Below are positions 37,884-48,835 of a stretch of DNA of 64,000 nt, piece after piece. Source of the stretch: Deltaproteobacteria bacterium GWC2_65_14 (GTDB lineage Bacteria > Desulfobacterota > Deferrimicrobia > Deferrimicrobiales > Deferrimicrobiaceae); contig MGPV01000029.1 in NCBI GenBank assembly GCA_001797615.1, positions 30,583 through 94,582 of the forward strand, written 5' to 3'. Made by a program: the position numbers and the translations under genes. The notes below the pieces were generated by a model, which was not told the DNA's origin, searched no databases, and was given only the letters and a program-made list of their open reading frames with translations. Within the stretch, counting starts at the first letter, position 1; every line of letters begins with the position of its first letter.

Positions 37884-38352
37884 GCGGCCGGGGAAGCGGC
37901 GCGGGATCAGCCTCCAGCAACGACTGCGGCCGGCTCCGTTCCGTGGGAGGATCCTCAGGAGACTCGTCCGCAATGCGCTCGATCTTCTCGATGCGGCCGG
38001 CGCGGATCTCCGCATCCTCGTCGTCGGAGATGCCGAAATGGCGCGGGCGAACCTGCGGTTCCTCGGCCACGAGGGAACGACGACCGTCCTTACCTTTCCC
38101 GAGGAAGCCCCGGGGCAGGCCGAAGCCGGAAGGATCACCGGAGATATCCTGGTGTCGGCCGATGCCTGCCTCTCCCGGACGGAAGGGTGGCCGGAATCGC
38201 CCGAGGAGAGAGTCTTTTTCTTCATCGTCCATGGGATCCTCCACCTGCTCGGGCAGGATCACCTGGCAGGACGCGGGGAGGCGGTCCGGATGCGCAGGAT
38301 GGAGCTCCGGGTATACCGGAAGGTCCTCGCGAAAGAGCCCGGGCGGGGATGA
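37861..38352 (+). CDS. ybeY: rRNA maturation endoribonuclease YbeY (start approximate)
   Basis: HGILHLLGQDH metal motif; lies between phoH and lnt. Confidence 0.85.
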   Translation: MRSGPPPERPGKRRGISLQQRLRPAPFRGRILRRLVRNALDLLDAAGADLRILVVGDAEMARANLRFLGHEGTTTVLTFPEEAPGQAEAGRITGDILVSADACLSRTEGWPESPEERVFFFIVHGILHLLGQDHLAGRGEAVRMRRMELRVYRKVLAKEPGRG

Positions 38353-39956
38353 AGCCCGGGAAGCGGAAGAAGAAGTCCGGGGGAGCGGACGCTCCCGGGC
38401 CGGGCGCGGGGAAGCGGATCGCGCTTTCCCTCCTCTTTGCGGGTTCCTATGCGCTCGGGATGCCGGGGTACGACGTCCCCGCGCTTCCCTTCGTCTGCCT
38501 GGTGCCGCTTCTCTTCCTGGCGGACGCTTGCTCCGGCGCGAGGCAGGCCGCTCGATGGGGGTTGCTCGCCGGGACCCTGGCCAATCTCCTCCTGTTCTAC
38601 TGGATCGCCTACACGGTGGCGGTGCCCGGGAATCTCGGGTGGGCGCTCGGGGGAATCGCCGCCCTCCTGGTGTCGGCCTACGTGGGGGCCTACGTCTCCA
38701 TGGCCGCCGCGATCGCCTTCCGCCTCCGGGACTCGTTCGGGGAAGCGGGACTGCTCGCCTTTCCGGCGGCCTGGGTCGGCGTCGAATATGCCCGGTCGGT
38801 CCTGTTCACCGGATTTCCCTGGGTGCTGTTCGGCTATTCCCTTACCGAAAGTCTCCTGCTGCGCCAGGCCGCCGACCTGGCGGGAATGGCGGGAATCGGG
38901 TTCCTCCTGGCGTCGGTCAATCTCCTTTTCTTCATCGCCTGCATGCGGCTGGCACGGGGAGCGCGCGTGCGGGCCCTCCTTCCCGCCGCGGGAGCGGCGG
39001 TCCTGGTCGGTTTCCTGTTCCTCTACGGAGCCTGGAAGGTTCGCGGGCAGGAGGGGGCGCCGCGGGGCGCCGGAATCGTCGTGGGAATCGCCCAGGGGGG
39101 GATCGACCAGTCGCTCAAGTGGGACCCGGCGCACCAGCGGGGCACGCTCGACATCTACTCCGGCTTGAGCCGGGAGGCGAAAGGGATGGGGGCCGAGGTG
39201 ATCGTCTGGCCGGAGACGGCCGCTCCCTTCTTCTACGGCTGGGAAACTGCACTGAGCGCCCTGGTGGACAACGTGGCGCTGGAGACCGGGGTTCCGATCC
39301 TCTTCGGGGCTCCCTGGTTCGAGCCGTCCGGCGGCGGAAGGTACTACAACAGCGTGTTCCATATCGATCGGGAAGGCGTGGCGAGGGGACGGTACGACAA
39401 GCGGCACCTGGTCCCGTTCGGGGAATATATCCCGCTCCGGAGCGTTCTGTTTTTCATGAAGAAACTGACCGTGGGGGAGGAGGATTTCTCCGCCGGTTCG
39501 GACCCCTCCCTGTTCGACGTGGGGGGGGCACCGGCAGGGGCTTCGGTCTGCTACGAGGCGGTGTTCCCGGGGATCGTCCGGGACAGCGTGCGCCAGGGGG
39601 CGACCTGGCTCGTCAACGTGACGAACGATGCCTGGTTCGGGGACACGGTGGCCCCCCGGCAGCACCTGGCCATGGCGAGGATGCGGTCGGTGGAGTTCCG
39701 GCGGCCGATGGTCCGGGCGGCGAACTCGGGAATCAGCGCGATCATCGACCGGCGGGGGGAGGTGGTCGCCCGGATCGGAAACGAACTCCGGGGTGCGGCG
39801 GCCGGCAGGATCCATCCCGGGGGGGGGGAGACCATCTACGCGAAAACGGGTGAAATATTCGGGATTTCGTGTACTATAATGACTCTTTTCATTCTGGCGG
39901 CTGCGGGACTTGTTCGACGCGGTGGCCGCGTCGCGGGCACGGAAGAGAGGGAGTGA
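38349..39956 (+). CDS. lnt: Apolipoprotein N-acyltransferase
   Basis: TM domain plus nitrilase triad motifs WPETA, YDKRHLVPFGEY, CYE; TNDAWFG. Confidence 0.95.
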   Translation: MKPGKRKKKSGGADAPGPGAGKRIALSLLFAGSYALGMPGYDVPALPFVCLVPLLFLADACSGARQAARWGLLAGTLANLLLFYWIAYTVAVPGNLGWALGGIAALLVSAYVGAYVSMAAAIAFRLRDSFGEAGLLAFPAAWVGVEYARSVLFTGFPWVLFGYSLTESLLLRQAADLAGMAGIGFLLASVNLLFFIACMRLARGARVRALLPAAGAAVLVGFLFLYGAWKVRGQEGAPRGAGIVVGIAQGGIDQSLKWDPAHQRGTLDIYSGLSREAKGMGAEVIVWPETAAPFFYGWETALSALVDNVALETGVPILFGAPWFEPSGGGRYYNSVFHIDREGVARGRYDKRHLVPFGEYIPLRSVLFFMKKLTVGEEDFSAGSDPSLFDVGGAPAGASVCYEAVFPGIVRDSVRQGATWLVNVTNDAWFGDTVAPRQHLAMARMRSVEFRRPMVRAANSGISAIIDRRGEVVARIGNELRGAAAGRIHPGGGETIYAKTGEIFGISCTIMTLFILAAAGLVRRGGRVAGTEERE

Positions 39957-41081
39957 TGGCGACAGGAGTGCTGGGGGAGAAGGCGGACGCGCTCGAAGCG
40001 AGGGTTTCGGCCCTCCGGGGCTATCTTTGAGGTAGACCGGAAAAAAGCCCGTCTTTCCGAGGTGGAGGCGGCCGTCTCGCGGGAAGGGTTCTGGGATTCC
40101 CCGGAGAAGGCGGAGCCGCTCCTGAAGGAGCGGAAAATCCTCGAGACCTTCCAGGCCCGGTGGTCCGGCATCGAGCGGGGGATCGCCGACCTGCGCGCCT
40201 ACCTCGAGCTCTACGAGGAGGCCGAGGATCCCTCCCTGGCCTCCGAGATCGGGCGGCATGCGGAGGGGCTCTACGCGGACCTGGACGCGGTGGAAACGGA
40301 GCGGATGCTCGGCGGGGAGAACGACGAGCGCAACGCGATCCTGACGATTCACCCCGGGGCGGGCGGGACCGAGTCGCAGGACTGGGCGGAGATGCTGCTC
40401 CGGATGTATACGCGGTTCGCCGACCGCAACGCCTACGCGGTGGAGCTGGTCGAGCGTCAGGAGGGGGACGAGGCGGGGATCAAGAGCGCCACGATCCTCC
40501 TTTCGGGGGATCATCCGTACGGGTACATGAAGGCGGAAAGCGGGGTCCACCGGCTTGTCCGGATCTCCCCGTTCGACGCGAACAAGCGGCGGCACACCTC
40601 CTTCGCCTCGGTGTTCGTGTCCCCGGAGATCGACGACGAGGTCCAGATCCAGATCCTCGATTCGGAGATCCGGGTCGACACCCTCCGTTCCGGGGGCGCG
40701 GGGGGGCAGCATGTGAACAAGGTCGAGTCGGCCGTCAGGATCACGCACGTGCCGACCGGGGTGTCCGCGCTCTGCCAGCAGGAGCGGTCTCAGCACAAGA
40801 ACCGCGCCATGGCGATGAAGATCCTCCGGTCCAAGCTCTACGAGATCGAGATGCGGGAGCGGAAGGAGAAGGCGGCGGAAGCCCACAAGTCCAGGAAGGA
40901 TATCGCCTGGGGCTCCCAGATCCGGTCCTACGTCCTGGCTCCCTACCGGATGGTGAAGGACCACCGGACCGGCCACGAGACGGGGAACGTGGACGCGATC
41001 CTGGACGGCGACCTCATGGAGTTCATCCGGAAGTACCTCCTGGGCGGAGGCGAGGAGGGGGAAGGAAAGGCCGCACTGTGA
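39956..41081 (+). CDS. prfB: Peptide chain release factor 2 (programmed +1 frameshift at 40025-40031)
   Basis: 24-codon ORF ending CTT TGA, continuing in the +1 frame to SPF and GGQ motifs. Confidence 0.95.
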
Positions 41082-41129
41082 GCCCTCCCGCGGCGCAGGG
41101 GGGGGGAGACGGCGGAGGGGGAGAGTCCC

Positions 41130-42617
41130 GTGAAGGATGAATGGAACGAGCTGGTCCTCGAGCGGATCCGGAAAGCGGAGGCGATCCGCCGGGACGGGGG
41201 GAACCCGTACCCCAACGATCAGCGGGTCGGATGGACCGCCTCCGCCGCGAGGAAGGCGGCGGAGGGGAAGAGCGGCGAGGAGCTCGATCGGAATCCGGCG
41301 CGGGTCGACATCGCGGGCCGGATCGTCGCGTTGCGGAATTTCGGGAAGGCGGCCTTTCTCGTTCTCGCCGACCGGACCGGGCGGCTGCAGGCCTACCTGA
41401 AGGAGGACGGGATCGGCGAGGAGGCCTATTCCCGGTTTCGGGAAACCGTGGACGTCGGGGACATCGCCTGGGTGGGAGGCCCTCTCTTCATCACCCGGAC
41501 CGGGGAGCTGACGGTCCGGGCGGAGCGCTTCCGGCTTCTCTCGAAGTCGCTGCGTCCCCTCCCGGAGAAGTGGCACGGCTTGGCGGACGTGGAGACCCGG
41601 TACCGGCAGCGGTACGTGGACCTGATCGTGAACGAGGAGGTGCGGGAGCTCTTCCGGACCCGCTCCCGGATCGTCTCCTTCCTCCGGGACTTCCTGTCCG
41701 CCCGTGACTTCCTCGAGGTCGAGACGCCGATGATGCAGCCGGTCGCGGGGGGGGCGGCGGCCCGCCCGTTCGTGACGCATCACAACGCCCTGGACACGGA
41801 GCTCTACCTGCGGATCGCCCCGGAGCTCTACCTGAAGCGCCTCCTGGTCGGCGGGCTGGAGAGGGTCTTCGAGATCAACCGGAGCTTCCGGAACGAGGGG
41901 ATCTCCACCCAGCACAACCCGGAATTCACGATGCTGGAGTTCTACCAGGCGTACGCCACCCACGAGGATCTCATGCGGCTGACCGAGGAGATGCTCTCCT
42001 CCCTCGCGGTGCACCTCTTCGGCACGGCCCGGGTGAGCGTCCAGGGGGAGGAGATCGATTTCACTCCGCCCTGGGAGCGGGTCACGGTGGCGGAAGCGGT
42101 CGCTCGGTACGGGAAGGTCCCGAAGGAGAACCTTTCCGACCCCGTCTTTCTGTCGAAGATGGCGCGGGAGATCGGCCTCGCGGTGAAAGGGGATCCCTCT
42201 CCCGGAACGATCCTCGCGAAGATCTACGAGGAGGTCGCGGAGCGCAGGATCCGGGGCCCCGCCTTCGTCACGGAGTACCCGACCGAGGTCTCCCCGCTGT
42301 CGCGCCGGAACGACGCGAGGCCGGCGATCGTCGACCGGTTCGAGCTGATCGTCCGGGGGCGGGAGATCGCGAACGCCTTCTCCGAGCTGAACGACCCCCT
42401 CGACCAGCGGGGGCGGTTCGAGGAGCAGCTCCGCCTCCGGGAGGAGGGGGACGAGGAGGCGCACGCGATGGACGAGGACTTCCTTCGCGCCCTCGAGTAC
42501 GGGATGCCGCCGGCGGCGGGGGAGGGGATCGGGATCGACCGGCTGGTGATGCTCTTCACCGACTCTCCCTCCATCCGGGACGTCATCCTGTTCCCGCTGC
42601 TGCGGAAAGAGGGGTAG
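41130..42617 (+). CDS. lysS: Lysine--tRNA ligase (class II)
   Basis: LPEKWHGL, YRQRYVDL, LRIAPELYLKRL, FRNEG, GIGIDRLVM. Confidence 0.97.
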   Translation: MKDEWNELVLERIRKAEAIRRDGGNPYPNDQRVGWTASAARKAAEGKSGEELDRNPARVDIAGRIVALRNFGKAAFLVLADRTGRLQAYLKEDGIGEEAYSRFRETVDVGDIAWVGGPLFITRTGELTVRAERFRLLSKSLRPLPEKWHGLADVETRYRQRYVDLIVNEEVRELFRTRSRIVSFLRDFLSARDFLEVETPMMQPVAGGAAARPFVTHHNALDTELYLRIAPELYLKRLLVGGLERVFEINRSFRNEGISTQHNPEFTMLEFYQAYATHEDLMRLTEEMLSSLAVHLFGTARVSVQGEEIDFTPPWERVTVAEAVARYGKVPKENLSDPVFLSKMAREIGLAVKGDPSPGTILAKIYEEVAERRIRGPAFVTEYPTEVSPLSRRNDARPAIVDRFELIVRGREIANAFSELNDPLDQRGRFEEQLRLREEGDEEAHAMDEDFLRALEYGMPPAAGEGIGIDRLVMLFTDSPSIRDVILFPLLRKEG

Positions 42618-42623
42618 GCGCGG

Positions 42624-43859
42624 GTGGGTCTCCCGGTCGAATTCTACATCGGCCTGAAGTACCTCCTGGCCAAGCGGAAGCAGACCTTCATCTCCATCAT
42701 CACCATCATCTCGGTGTCGGGGGTCGCCGTCGGGGTGACCGCCCTCATCATCGTGCTCGCCGTGATGGGCGGGTTCGAGCGGGAGCTCAAGGACCGGATC
42801 CTCGGGGCCACCGCCCACGTGCACGTCACAAACCTGGACGGCTCCATCGCCGATCCGGAAAAGGCGCTGGACACCGTGCTGCAGGTGGAGGGGGTCGTCG
42901 GGGCGAGCCCCTACATCTTCTCCCAGGTCATGATCTCCTCCGGGGCCTCGGCGACCGGGGGGATCCTCCGGGGGGTGGACCTGGCCACGGTCGGCAACGT
43001 AACCCGCCTTCCCAGCGACGTCCGGATCGGCCGTCTGGAGGACCTGTGGGATGCGCCGAAAGGGGGACTTCCCAGGGTGATCCTGGGGAAGGAGCTGGCC
43101 GCGAACCTGGGGGTCGCGCCGGGGGACATCGTGGAGGTCATGGTGCCGGGGGGAAACGTGACCCCGCTGGGGGCATTCCCCCGCGTGGACCGGTTCCGCG
43201 TGAGCGGGATCTTCGAGTCCGGGATGTACGAGTACGACTCCTCCTTCGCCTACGTCTCCCTCGCGGAGGCCGGAAGACTGCTGGGACTCCACGGCAGGGT
43301 CACCGGGATCGAGGTGAAGGTGAAGGATATCTACCAGGCCGGAGAGGTCGCCTCCCGCGTGAGGGAGCGGCTGGGCTACCCCTTCTGGGCGAAGGACTGG
43401 ATGCAGAGCAACCGGAACCTCTTCTCCGCGCTGAAGCTGGAGAAGGTGGTCATGTTCATCATCCTCGTCCTCATCGTCATGGTGGCGGCCTTCAACATCA
43501 TCAGCACGCTGATCATGGTCGTGATGGACAAGACGAAGGACATCGCGGTCCTCATGACGCTGGGGGCCACCCGGAAGACGGTCCGAAGGATCTTCGCGCT
43601 CGAGGGGCTGCTGATCGGGATCGTGGGGACCGGCGCGGGGATCCTCCTGGGGGGGGGGCTCTGTTATCTCCTCGCCCGCTACCAGTTCATCCGGCTTCCG
43701 AGCGACGTCTACTACATCTCCACCCTGCCGGTCGACCTCACGCCCGGCATCCTGCTGCTGGTCGGGGCAAGCTCCATCCTGATCTGCTTCCTGGCCACCT
43801 TCTACCCTTCCCTGCAGGCTTCCCGGATCGACCCGGTGGAGGCGATCCGCTATGAATAG
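42624..43859 (+). CDS. lolE: Lipoprotein-releasing ABC transporter permease (LolC/E, single-gene LolF type)
   Basis: LIIVLAVMGGF, VAAFNIISTL, DVYYISTLP; MacB/FtsX architecture; precedes lolD. Confidence 0.9.
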   Translation: MGLPVEFYIGLKYLLAKRKQTFISIITIISVSGVAVGVTALIIVLAVMGGFERELKDRILGATAHVHVTNLDGSIADPEKALDTVLQVEGVVGASPYIFSQVMISSGASATGGILRGVDLATVGNVTRLPSDVRIGRLEDLWDAPKGGLPRVILGKELAANLGVAPGDIVEVMVPGGNVTPLGAFPRVDRFRVSGIFESGMYEYDSSFAYVSLAEAGRLLGLHGRVTGIEVKVKDIYQAGEVASRVRERLGYPFWAKDWMQSNRNLFSALKLEKVVMFIILVLIVMVAAFNIISTLIMVVMDKTKDIAVLMTLGATRKTVRRIFALEGLLIGIVGTGAGILLGGGLCYLLARYQFIRLPSDVYYISTLPVDLTPGILLLVGASSILICFLATFYPSLQASRIDPVEAIRYE

Positions 43860-44532
43860 CCCCGGCTTCCTCCGCGTCGAAGAGCTCCGGAAGGAGTTCC
43901 TCCTGAGGGTGGGAACCCTCGAAGTGCTCAAGGGGATCTCCTTCACCCTCGATCGGGGCGAGATGCTCGGGGTGGTCGGAGTCTCGGGGGCGGGGAAGAC
44001 GACCCTGCTGCAGATCGTGGGGACCCTCGACCGTCCGACCTCGGGGGCCGTCCTGTACGACGGGCGCGACGTCACGGGGATGGGCGAGGAGGAGCTTGCG
44101 GCCTTCCGGAACCGTTCCGTGGGGTTCGTCTTCCAGTTCCACCACCTGCTTCCCGAGTTCAACGCCCGGGAGAACGTGATGCTCCCCTGCCTGATCTCCG
44201 GAATGTCCTGGGACGAGGCCGGCCGCAGGGCCGAAGGGCTTCTCGGGGAGGTCGGGCTTTCCGGAAGGCTCACGCACCGGGTGGGGGAGATCTCGGGGGG
44301 GGAGCAGCAGCGCGTCGCCATCTGCCGGGCGCTGGCGATGGGTCCCGAGGTGATCCTCGCGGACGAGCCCACCGGGAACCTGGACAAGGAGACGGCGTCC
44401 GGGGTCATGGACCTGCTCGTTACGCTCAACCGGACCCGGGGGATGTCGCTCATCGTGGTCACGCACAACGAGGAGATGGCCGGACGGATGCATCGGGTGA
44501 TCCAGATCGACGACGGGCGGATCGCGCGGTGA
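43852..44532 (+). CDS. lolD: Lipoprotein-releasing ABC transporter ATPase
   Basis: GVSGAGKTT, GFVFQFHHLL, SGGEQQRVA, ADEPTGNLD. Confidence 0.93.
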   Translation: MNSPGFLRVEELRKEFLLRVGTLEVLKGISFTLDRGEMLGVVGVSGAGKTTLLQIVGTLDRPTSGAVLYDGRDVTGMGEEELAAFRNRSVGFVFQFHHLLPEFNARENVMLPCLISGMSWDEAGRRAEGLLGEVGLSGRLTHRVGEISGGEQQRVAICRALAMGPEVILADEPTGNLDKETASGVMDLLVTLNRTRGMSLIVVTHNEEMAGRMHRVIQIDDGRIAR

Positions 44533-46802
44533 CGGCGCGGAGGAGCGCCGCAACGGCGGCCGCGGCCCTGCTGCTGTACGCGGCGCTGGCCGGGACCCTC
44601 CTTCGGGCGGCCGGGTTTCCCGTCCTCGCGATCGAGGTGCGGGGGGTCAAGCGGGTCGGGGCCGACGCGGTTCGCGCGGCGATGGGGACGCGCGTGGGGG
44701 CCGAGTTCGACCCGGCGGCGGTCCGGAAGGATGTGAAGGCGATCTACCGGATGGGGTACTTCACCGATGTCCGGTTCGACGCCGAGGAGGTGCCCGGGGG
44801 GTACCGGCTGACCGTGATCGTGGAGGAGAAGCCGATCGTCTCCTCGGTGGCCGTCGAGGGGAACAAGGAGGTGGACACGAAGGACCTCAAGGAGGCGATC
44901 ACCATCCGGGAGCGGACGCTGTTCACGGAGGAGAAGGTCAAGGAGTCGGCCCGGAAGATGGTCGAGGTCTACCAGAACCGCGGGTTTTACGACGCCACGG
45001 TCGATTCCTCCGTCCAGGAGGATCCGGACGGAACGCAGCGGGTTTCCTTCCGGGTGACGGAACGGGAGAAGCTGAAGATCGAGACGATCGAGATCACCGG
45101 GAACAGCCAGCTGTCCGCGAGGAAGATCCGGAAGGTGATGGACACGGGGGAGCGGGGGTTCTTCTCCTTTCTCACCGACTCGGGGACCTACAAGAAGGAT
45201 GTGATCGAGAACGATCTCCGCAAGATCGAGGCGCTCTACCAGAACAACGGATTCCTCGAGTCGAAGGTCTCCGAACCGGTGATCCGCCGCGGGCCGAAGG
45301 GGCTTGCGATGACCCTCCACGTGTTCGAGGGGAGGCAGTTCCGGATAGGCACCGTGAGGTTCCAGGGGGAAAGCGGCATTCCGGAAGCGGAGCTCCGCGG
45401 GAAGGTGAAGCTGTCCCCGGGGGAGCTGTTCAGCCGGGAAAGGCTGCTTTCCGACGTGCTCTCCCTCACGACGCTGCTGAACGACCGGGGGTATGCGGTG
45501 GCGATCGTTTCCCCGGGGGTCGAGAAAAGAAAGGACGAGCCGGTGGCGGACGTGACCTACCGGATCGACCGGGGAGAGAAGTACCGGTTCGGAAGGGTGG
45601 AGATCGTCGGGAACACCAAGACGCTGGACCGGGTGATCCGCCGGAACCTCGAGGTGGCCGACGGGCAGATCTATACCGCCACGGGGCTCAAGGAGAGCCG
45701 GGAGAACCTGAACCGGAGCTCCTTTTTCAAGGACATCCGGATCAGCACGGCCCCCTCCGAGGAACGACGGGAGATGGATGTCCGGGTGGAGGTCCAGGAG
45801 GGGCCGACGGGGACGCTGTCCGGGGGCTTGGGGTTCAGCTCCGTGGACAAGCTGTTCGGGGTCGTCCAGGTGAACGAAAACAACCTGTTCGGGCGGGCCT
45901 GGAGGGCCTCGCTGAACAGCCAGTTCGGGGCGCGGCGGACCGTCTTCACGCTGAACTTCCAGGATCCCTACTTCCTCGATACCGACTACAGCCTGTACCT
46001 CAGCGCCTACAACCAGCGGACCGAGTACACCGATTTCGAGCGGAAAGGGTCCGGCGGGAGGGTCGGGGTGGGGCGGTCGTTCGGGAAATATCTCTCGTCC
46101 AGCGTCACCGCGCGGGTCGATACCGTCCAGATCCTCGACCCGGGAACGGCCGTCTCCACCATCCTGAAGGAGGAGTTCAGCAAGGGGACGCAGCAGACGC
46201 ACAGTCTCAACTGGAACCTCGTCCGGAACACCACGGACAGGTACATCGACCCGTCCCGCGGGACCGTCGCCTCCGCCTCGGTGGAATACGCCGGGGGACC
46301 GCTGGGCGGGGACAGCGAATTCGTGAAATACTTCCTGAACGGAAAGATCTTCTTCCCGGTCACCCAAAGCACCGTTCTTTCGGCGAACCTGCTCTGGGGA
46401 CATGCGATCAGCACAGTCGGGGGGCGCGTTCCGATCTTCGAGCGCTTCTTCCTCGGGGGGCCGTACAGCCTCCGCGGATTCGAGTCGCGGACTCTCTCCC
46501 CGACCGACCCGAACACCGGGGAGCGGATCGGGGGGAACAAGGAACTCGTGATGAACCTCGAGTACACCTTCCCCCTGTTCAACGAGATCGGCTTCAAGGG
46601 TGTCCTCTTCTTCGACTCGGGGAATACCTGGCGCCAGAGCGAGTTCCCCTGGGACGGGGAAGACCTGAAATATTCCGCCGGGTTCGGCCTCCGCTGGTAT
46701 TCGCCGATGGGGCCGCTCCGGTTCGAGTGGGGGTGGAACCTGAAGCCGTCTCCCGGAGAGGCGAGGCGGGTGGCCGAATTCACGATCGGAACGGCATTCT
46801 AA
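44529..46802 (+). CDS. bamA: Outer membrane protein assembly factor BamA
   Basis: POTRA repeats, LRGF motif, SPMGPLRF, terminal Phe. Confidence 0.95.
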   Translation: MTARRSAATAAAALLLYAALAGTLLRAAGFPVLAIEVRGVKRVGADAVRAAMGTRVGAEFDPAAVRKDVKAIYRMGYFTDVRFDAEEVPGGYRLTVIVEEKPIVSSVAVEGNKEVDTKDLKEAITIRERTLFTEEKVKESARKMVEVYQNRGFYDATVDSSVQEDPDGTQRVSFRVTEREKLKIETIEITGNSQLSARKIRKVMDTGERGFFSFLTDSGTYKKDVIENDLRKIEALYQNNGFLESKVSEPVIRRGPKGLAMTLHVFEGRQFRIGTVRFQGESGIPEAELRGKVKLSPGELFSRERLLSDVLSLTTLLNDRGYAVAIVSPGVEKRKDEPVADVTYRIDRGEKYRFGRVEIVGNTKTLDRVIRRNLEVADGQIYTATGLKESRENLNRSSFFKDIRISTAPSEERREMDVRVEVQEGPTGTLSGGLGFSSVDKLFGVVQVNENNLFGRAWRASLNSQFGARRTVFTLNFQDPYFLDTDYSLYLSAYNQRTEYTDFERKGSGGRVGVGRSFGKYLSSSVTARVDTVQILDPGTAVSTILKEEFSKGTQQTHSLNWNLVRNTTDRYIDPSRGTVASASVEYAGGPLGGDSEFVKYFLNGKIFFPVTQSTVLSANLLWGHAISTVGGRVPIFERFFLGGPYSLRGFESRTLSPTDPNTGERIGGNKELVMNLEYTFPLFNEIGFKGVLFFDSGNTWRQSEFPWDGEDLKYSAGFGLRWYSPMGPLRFEWGWNLKPSPGEARRVAEFTIGTAF

Positions 46803-46817
46803 CGAGGGGGTAGAACG

Positions 46818-47351
46818 ATGAGGCACAAGAAGGCGGCATTTCTGCTGGTGGTGGCCGCGGCGGCGATGTTGGCCGTCCGCCCGGCCTTCGGGGAGGGGTT
46901 GAAGGTCGCGGTGATCGACGTGAACAGGATCCTGAACGAGTCCGCAGCCGGCAAAGAGGCCCGCAAGAAGATGGAGGCCCGGTACGAGGAGCTGAAGAAG
47001 AGGATCGAGAAGATGAACGAGGAGGCGCGCAAGATGAAGGAGGATCTGGACAAGCAGAAGATCCTCCTCGGGAAGGAGAAGGTGAAGGAGAAGGAGGAGG
47101 CCCTCGCCGCGAAGGTCGCCGAGCTCCGCCAGATGACCCAGGAGTCGGAGAAGGAGATGCAGACCCGCCAGGAGGAGCTCACCCGCGAGATCCTCAAGGT
47201 TGTCGAGGGGAAGATCGACAAGCTGGTGGAGGAGGAGAAGATCGACCTGCTGCTCGAAAGGAGCAGCGGGGTCGTCCATTTCTCCCCCGCCATGGACGTC
47301 ACCGCGAAGGTGCTGGAGCGGATGAACCGGGAGGGCGCCGGTGGGAAATGA
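46818..47351 (+). CDS. skp: Periplasmic chaperone Skp/OmpH
   Basis: Signal peptide, KVAVIDV, long coiled coil, DVTAKV; lies between bamA and lpxD. Confidence 0.9.
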   Translation: MRHKKAAFLLVVAAAAMLAVRPAFGEGLKVAVIDVNRILNESAAGKEARKKMEARYEELKKRIEKMNEEARKMKEDLDKQKILLGKEKVKEKEEALAAKVAELRQMTQESEKEMQTRQEELTREILKVVEGKIDKLVEEEKIDLLLERSSGVVHFSPAMDVTAKVLERMNREGAGGK

Positions 47352-48375
47352 GTTCCGGCTTTCGGAGCTGGCGGAACGGATCGGGGCGCGCCTCGCGGGG
47401 GAGGGCGACGCGGTCGTCCACGGGATCGCCCCCATCGAGGAGGCGGGACCCGGGGAAGTGACCTTTCTCGCGAACCCGAAGTACGCAAGGTTCGTCCTCG
47501 GGACGAAGGCGACTGCGGTCATCGCGAAGGCGACGGTCGAGGGAGCGCAGGCCAGCTTTCTGCTGGCCGACAACCCGTACCTTGCGTTCGCCCGGGCGGT
47601 CGAGGTTTTTCACCCGCCCGAGAGATTGCCGGAAGGGGTTTCCCCGCTGGCGTCGATGCACCCTTCGGCGCGGATCGGGGCCGGGGCGACCGTCTCCCCC
47701 TTCGTGGTGGTCGAGGAGAGGGTCTCGATCGGGGACCGCACCGTCGTCTACCCGGGCGTGTACCTGGGGAAGGGGGTCGTGGTGGGAGAGGACTGCCTCC
47801 TGTATCCCAACGTGGTGCTGTACCACGGGGTCCGGATCGGCTCGCGGGTGATCCTGCATGCGGGGTGCGTGATCGGAAGCGACGGTTTCGGATTCGCCCC
47901 GACCGCGGAGGGATACCGGAAGATCCCCCAGGTGGGAACGGTGGAGATCGGGGACGACGTGGAGATCGGGGCGAACACGACGATCGACCGGGCGGCGCTC
48001 GGCGTCACGCGGGTGTCCCGGGGGACCAAGCTGGACAACCTGGTTCAGGTGGGGCACAACGTGGTGATCGGGGAAGACACGGTGATCGCCGCCCAGGCGG
48101 GAATCTCCGGAAGTTGCAGGATCGGGCGACGGGTGATGATCGGGGGGCAGGCGGGGCTCGCCGGGCACCTCGAGATCGGCGACGGCGTCATGCTGGGGGC
48201 GAAAAGCGGAGTGCCGGCCTCCCTGGACGCCTCGGAATCCAGGGCCTGGTCCGGGATTCCCGCGATGCCTCACCCGGTATGGCTTCGCCTGGGGAAACTG
48301 TTGCCGAAGCTGCCGGAGCTGTTCCGGCGGGTCCGGCGGCTCGAAGAATCCGGAAAGACGAAATCGGAGGAGTGA
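47341..48375 (+). CDS. lpxD: UDP-3-O-acyl-glucosamine N-acyltransferase
   Basis: Hexapeptide repeats, [27 protein letters not shown]. Confidence 0.96.
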   Translation: MGNEFRLSELAERIGARLAGEGDAVVHGIAPIEEAGPGEVTFLANPKYARFVLGTKATAVIAKATVEGAQASFLLADNPYLAFARAVEVFHPPERLPEGVSPLASMHPSARIGAGATVSPFVVVEERVSIGDRTVVYPGVYLGKGVVVGEDCLLYPNVVLYHGVRIGSRVILHAGCVIGSDGFGFAPTAEGYRKIPQVGTVEIGDDVEIGANTTIDRAALGVTRVSRGTKLDNLVQVGHNVVIGEDTVIAAQAGISGSCRIGRRVMIGGQAGLAGHLEIGDGVMLGAKSGVPASLDASESRAWSGIPAMPHPVWLRLGKLLPKLPELFRRVRRLEESGKTKSEE

Positions 48376-48376
48376 G

Positions 48377-48835
48377 ATGTTCGATATCCGGGAGATCATG
48401 AGCGTTCTGCCGCACCGGTACCCGTTCCTGTTCCTGGACCGGATCGTGGAGTGGGATCCGGGCAAACGGATCGTCGGGATCAAGAACGTGACGATCGACG
48501 AGCCCTTCTTCCAGGGGCATTTCCCCGGAACTCCGATCATGCCGGGGGTCCTGATCGTCGAGGCGATGGCGCAGGCGGGGGGGTTCCTGGCACTGAAGGC
48601 CGAGCGGGACGGGAAAAAGATCGCCTACTTCGCCGGGATCGACAACTGCAAATTCCGCCGTCCCGTCGTCCCCGGGGACCAGCTTCGGCTCGAGGCGACG
48701 GTGATGGCCCGGAAAGGGCCGGTATGGAAAATGCACGGGGAAGCCACGGTGAACGGGGTTCTCGTCGCAAAGGCCGACATGACGGCGACCACCCAGTCGT
48801 CCGAGGAGCAGCAGGAAGAGGAAGGTGGACAATGA
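48377..48835 (+). CDS. fabZ: 3-hydroxyacyl-ACP dehydratase
   Basis: LPHRYPFL, FFQGHFP, MPGVLIVEAMAQ. Confidence 0.96.
   Translation: MFDIREIMSVLPHRYPFLFLDRIVEWDPGKRIVGIKNVTIDEPFFQGHFPGTPIMPGVLIVEAMAQAGGFLALKAERDGKKIAYFAGIDNCKFRRPVVPGDQLRLEATVMARKGPVWKMHGEATVNGVLVAKADMTATTQSSEEQQEEEGGQ

Noticed and set aside
38259..47573. 3104-aa minus-strand ORF and other long shadow ORFs (e.g. 374-2560, 16207-18306, 19195-21594, 27909-30770, 61696-63783)
   Set aside because: They lie antisense to well-conserved genes and have no recognisable domains. High GC3 codon bias removes stop codons from the antisense frame.
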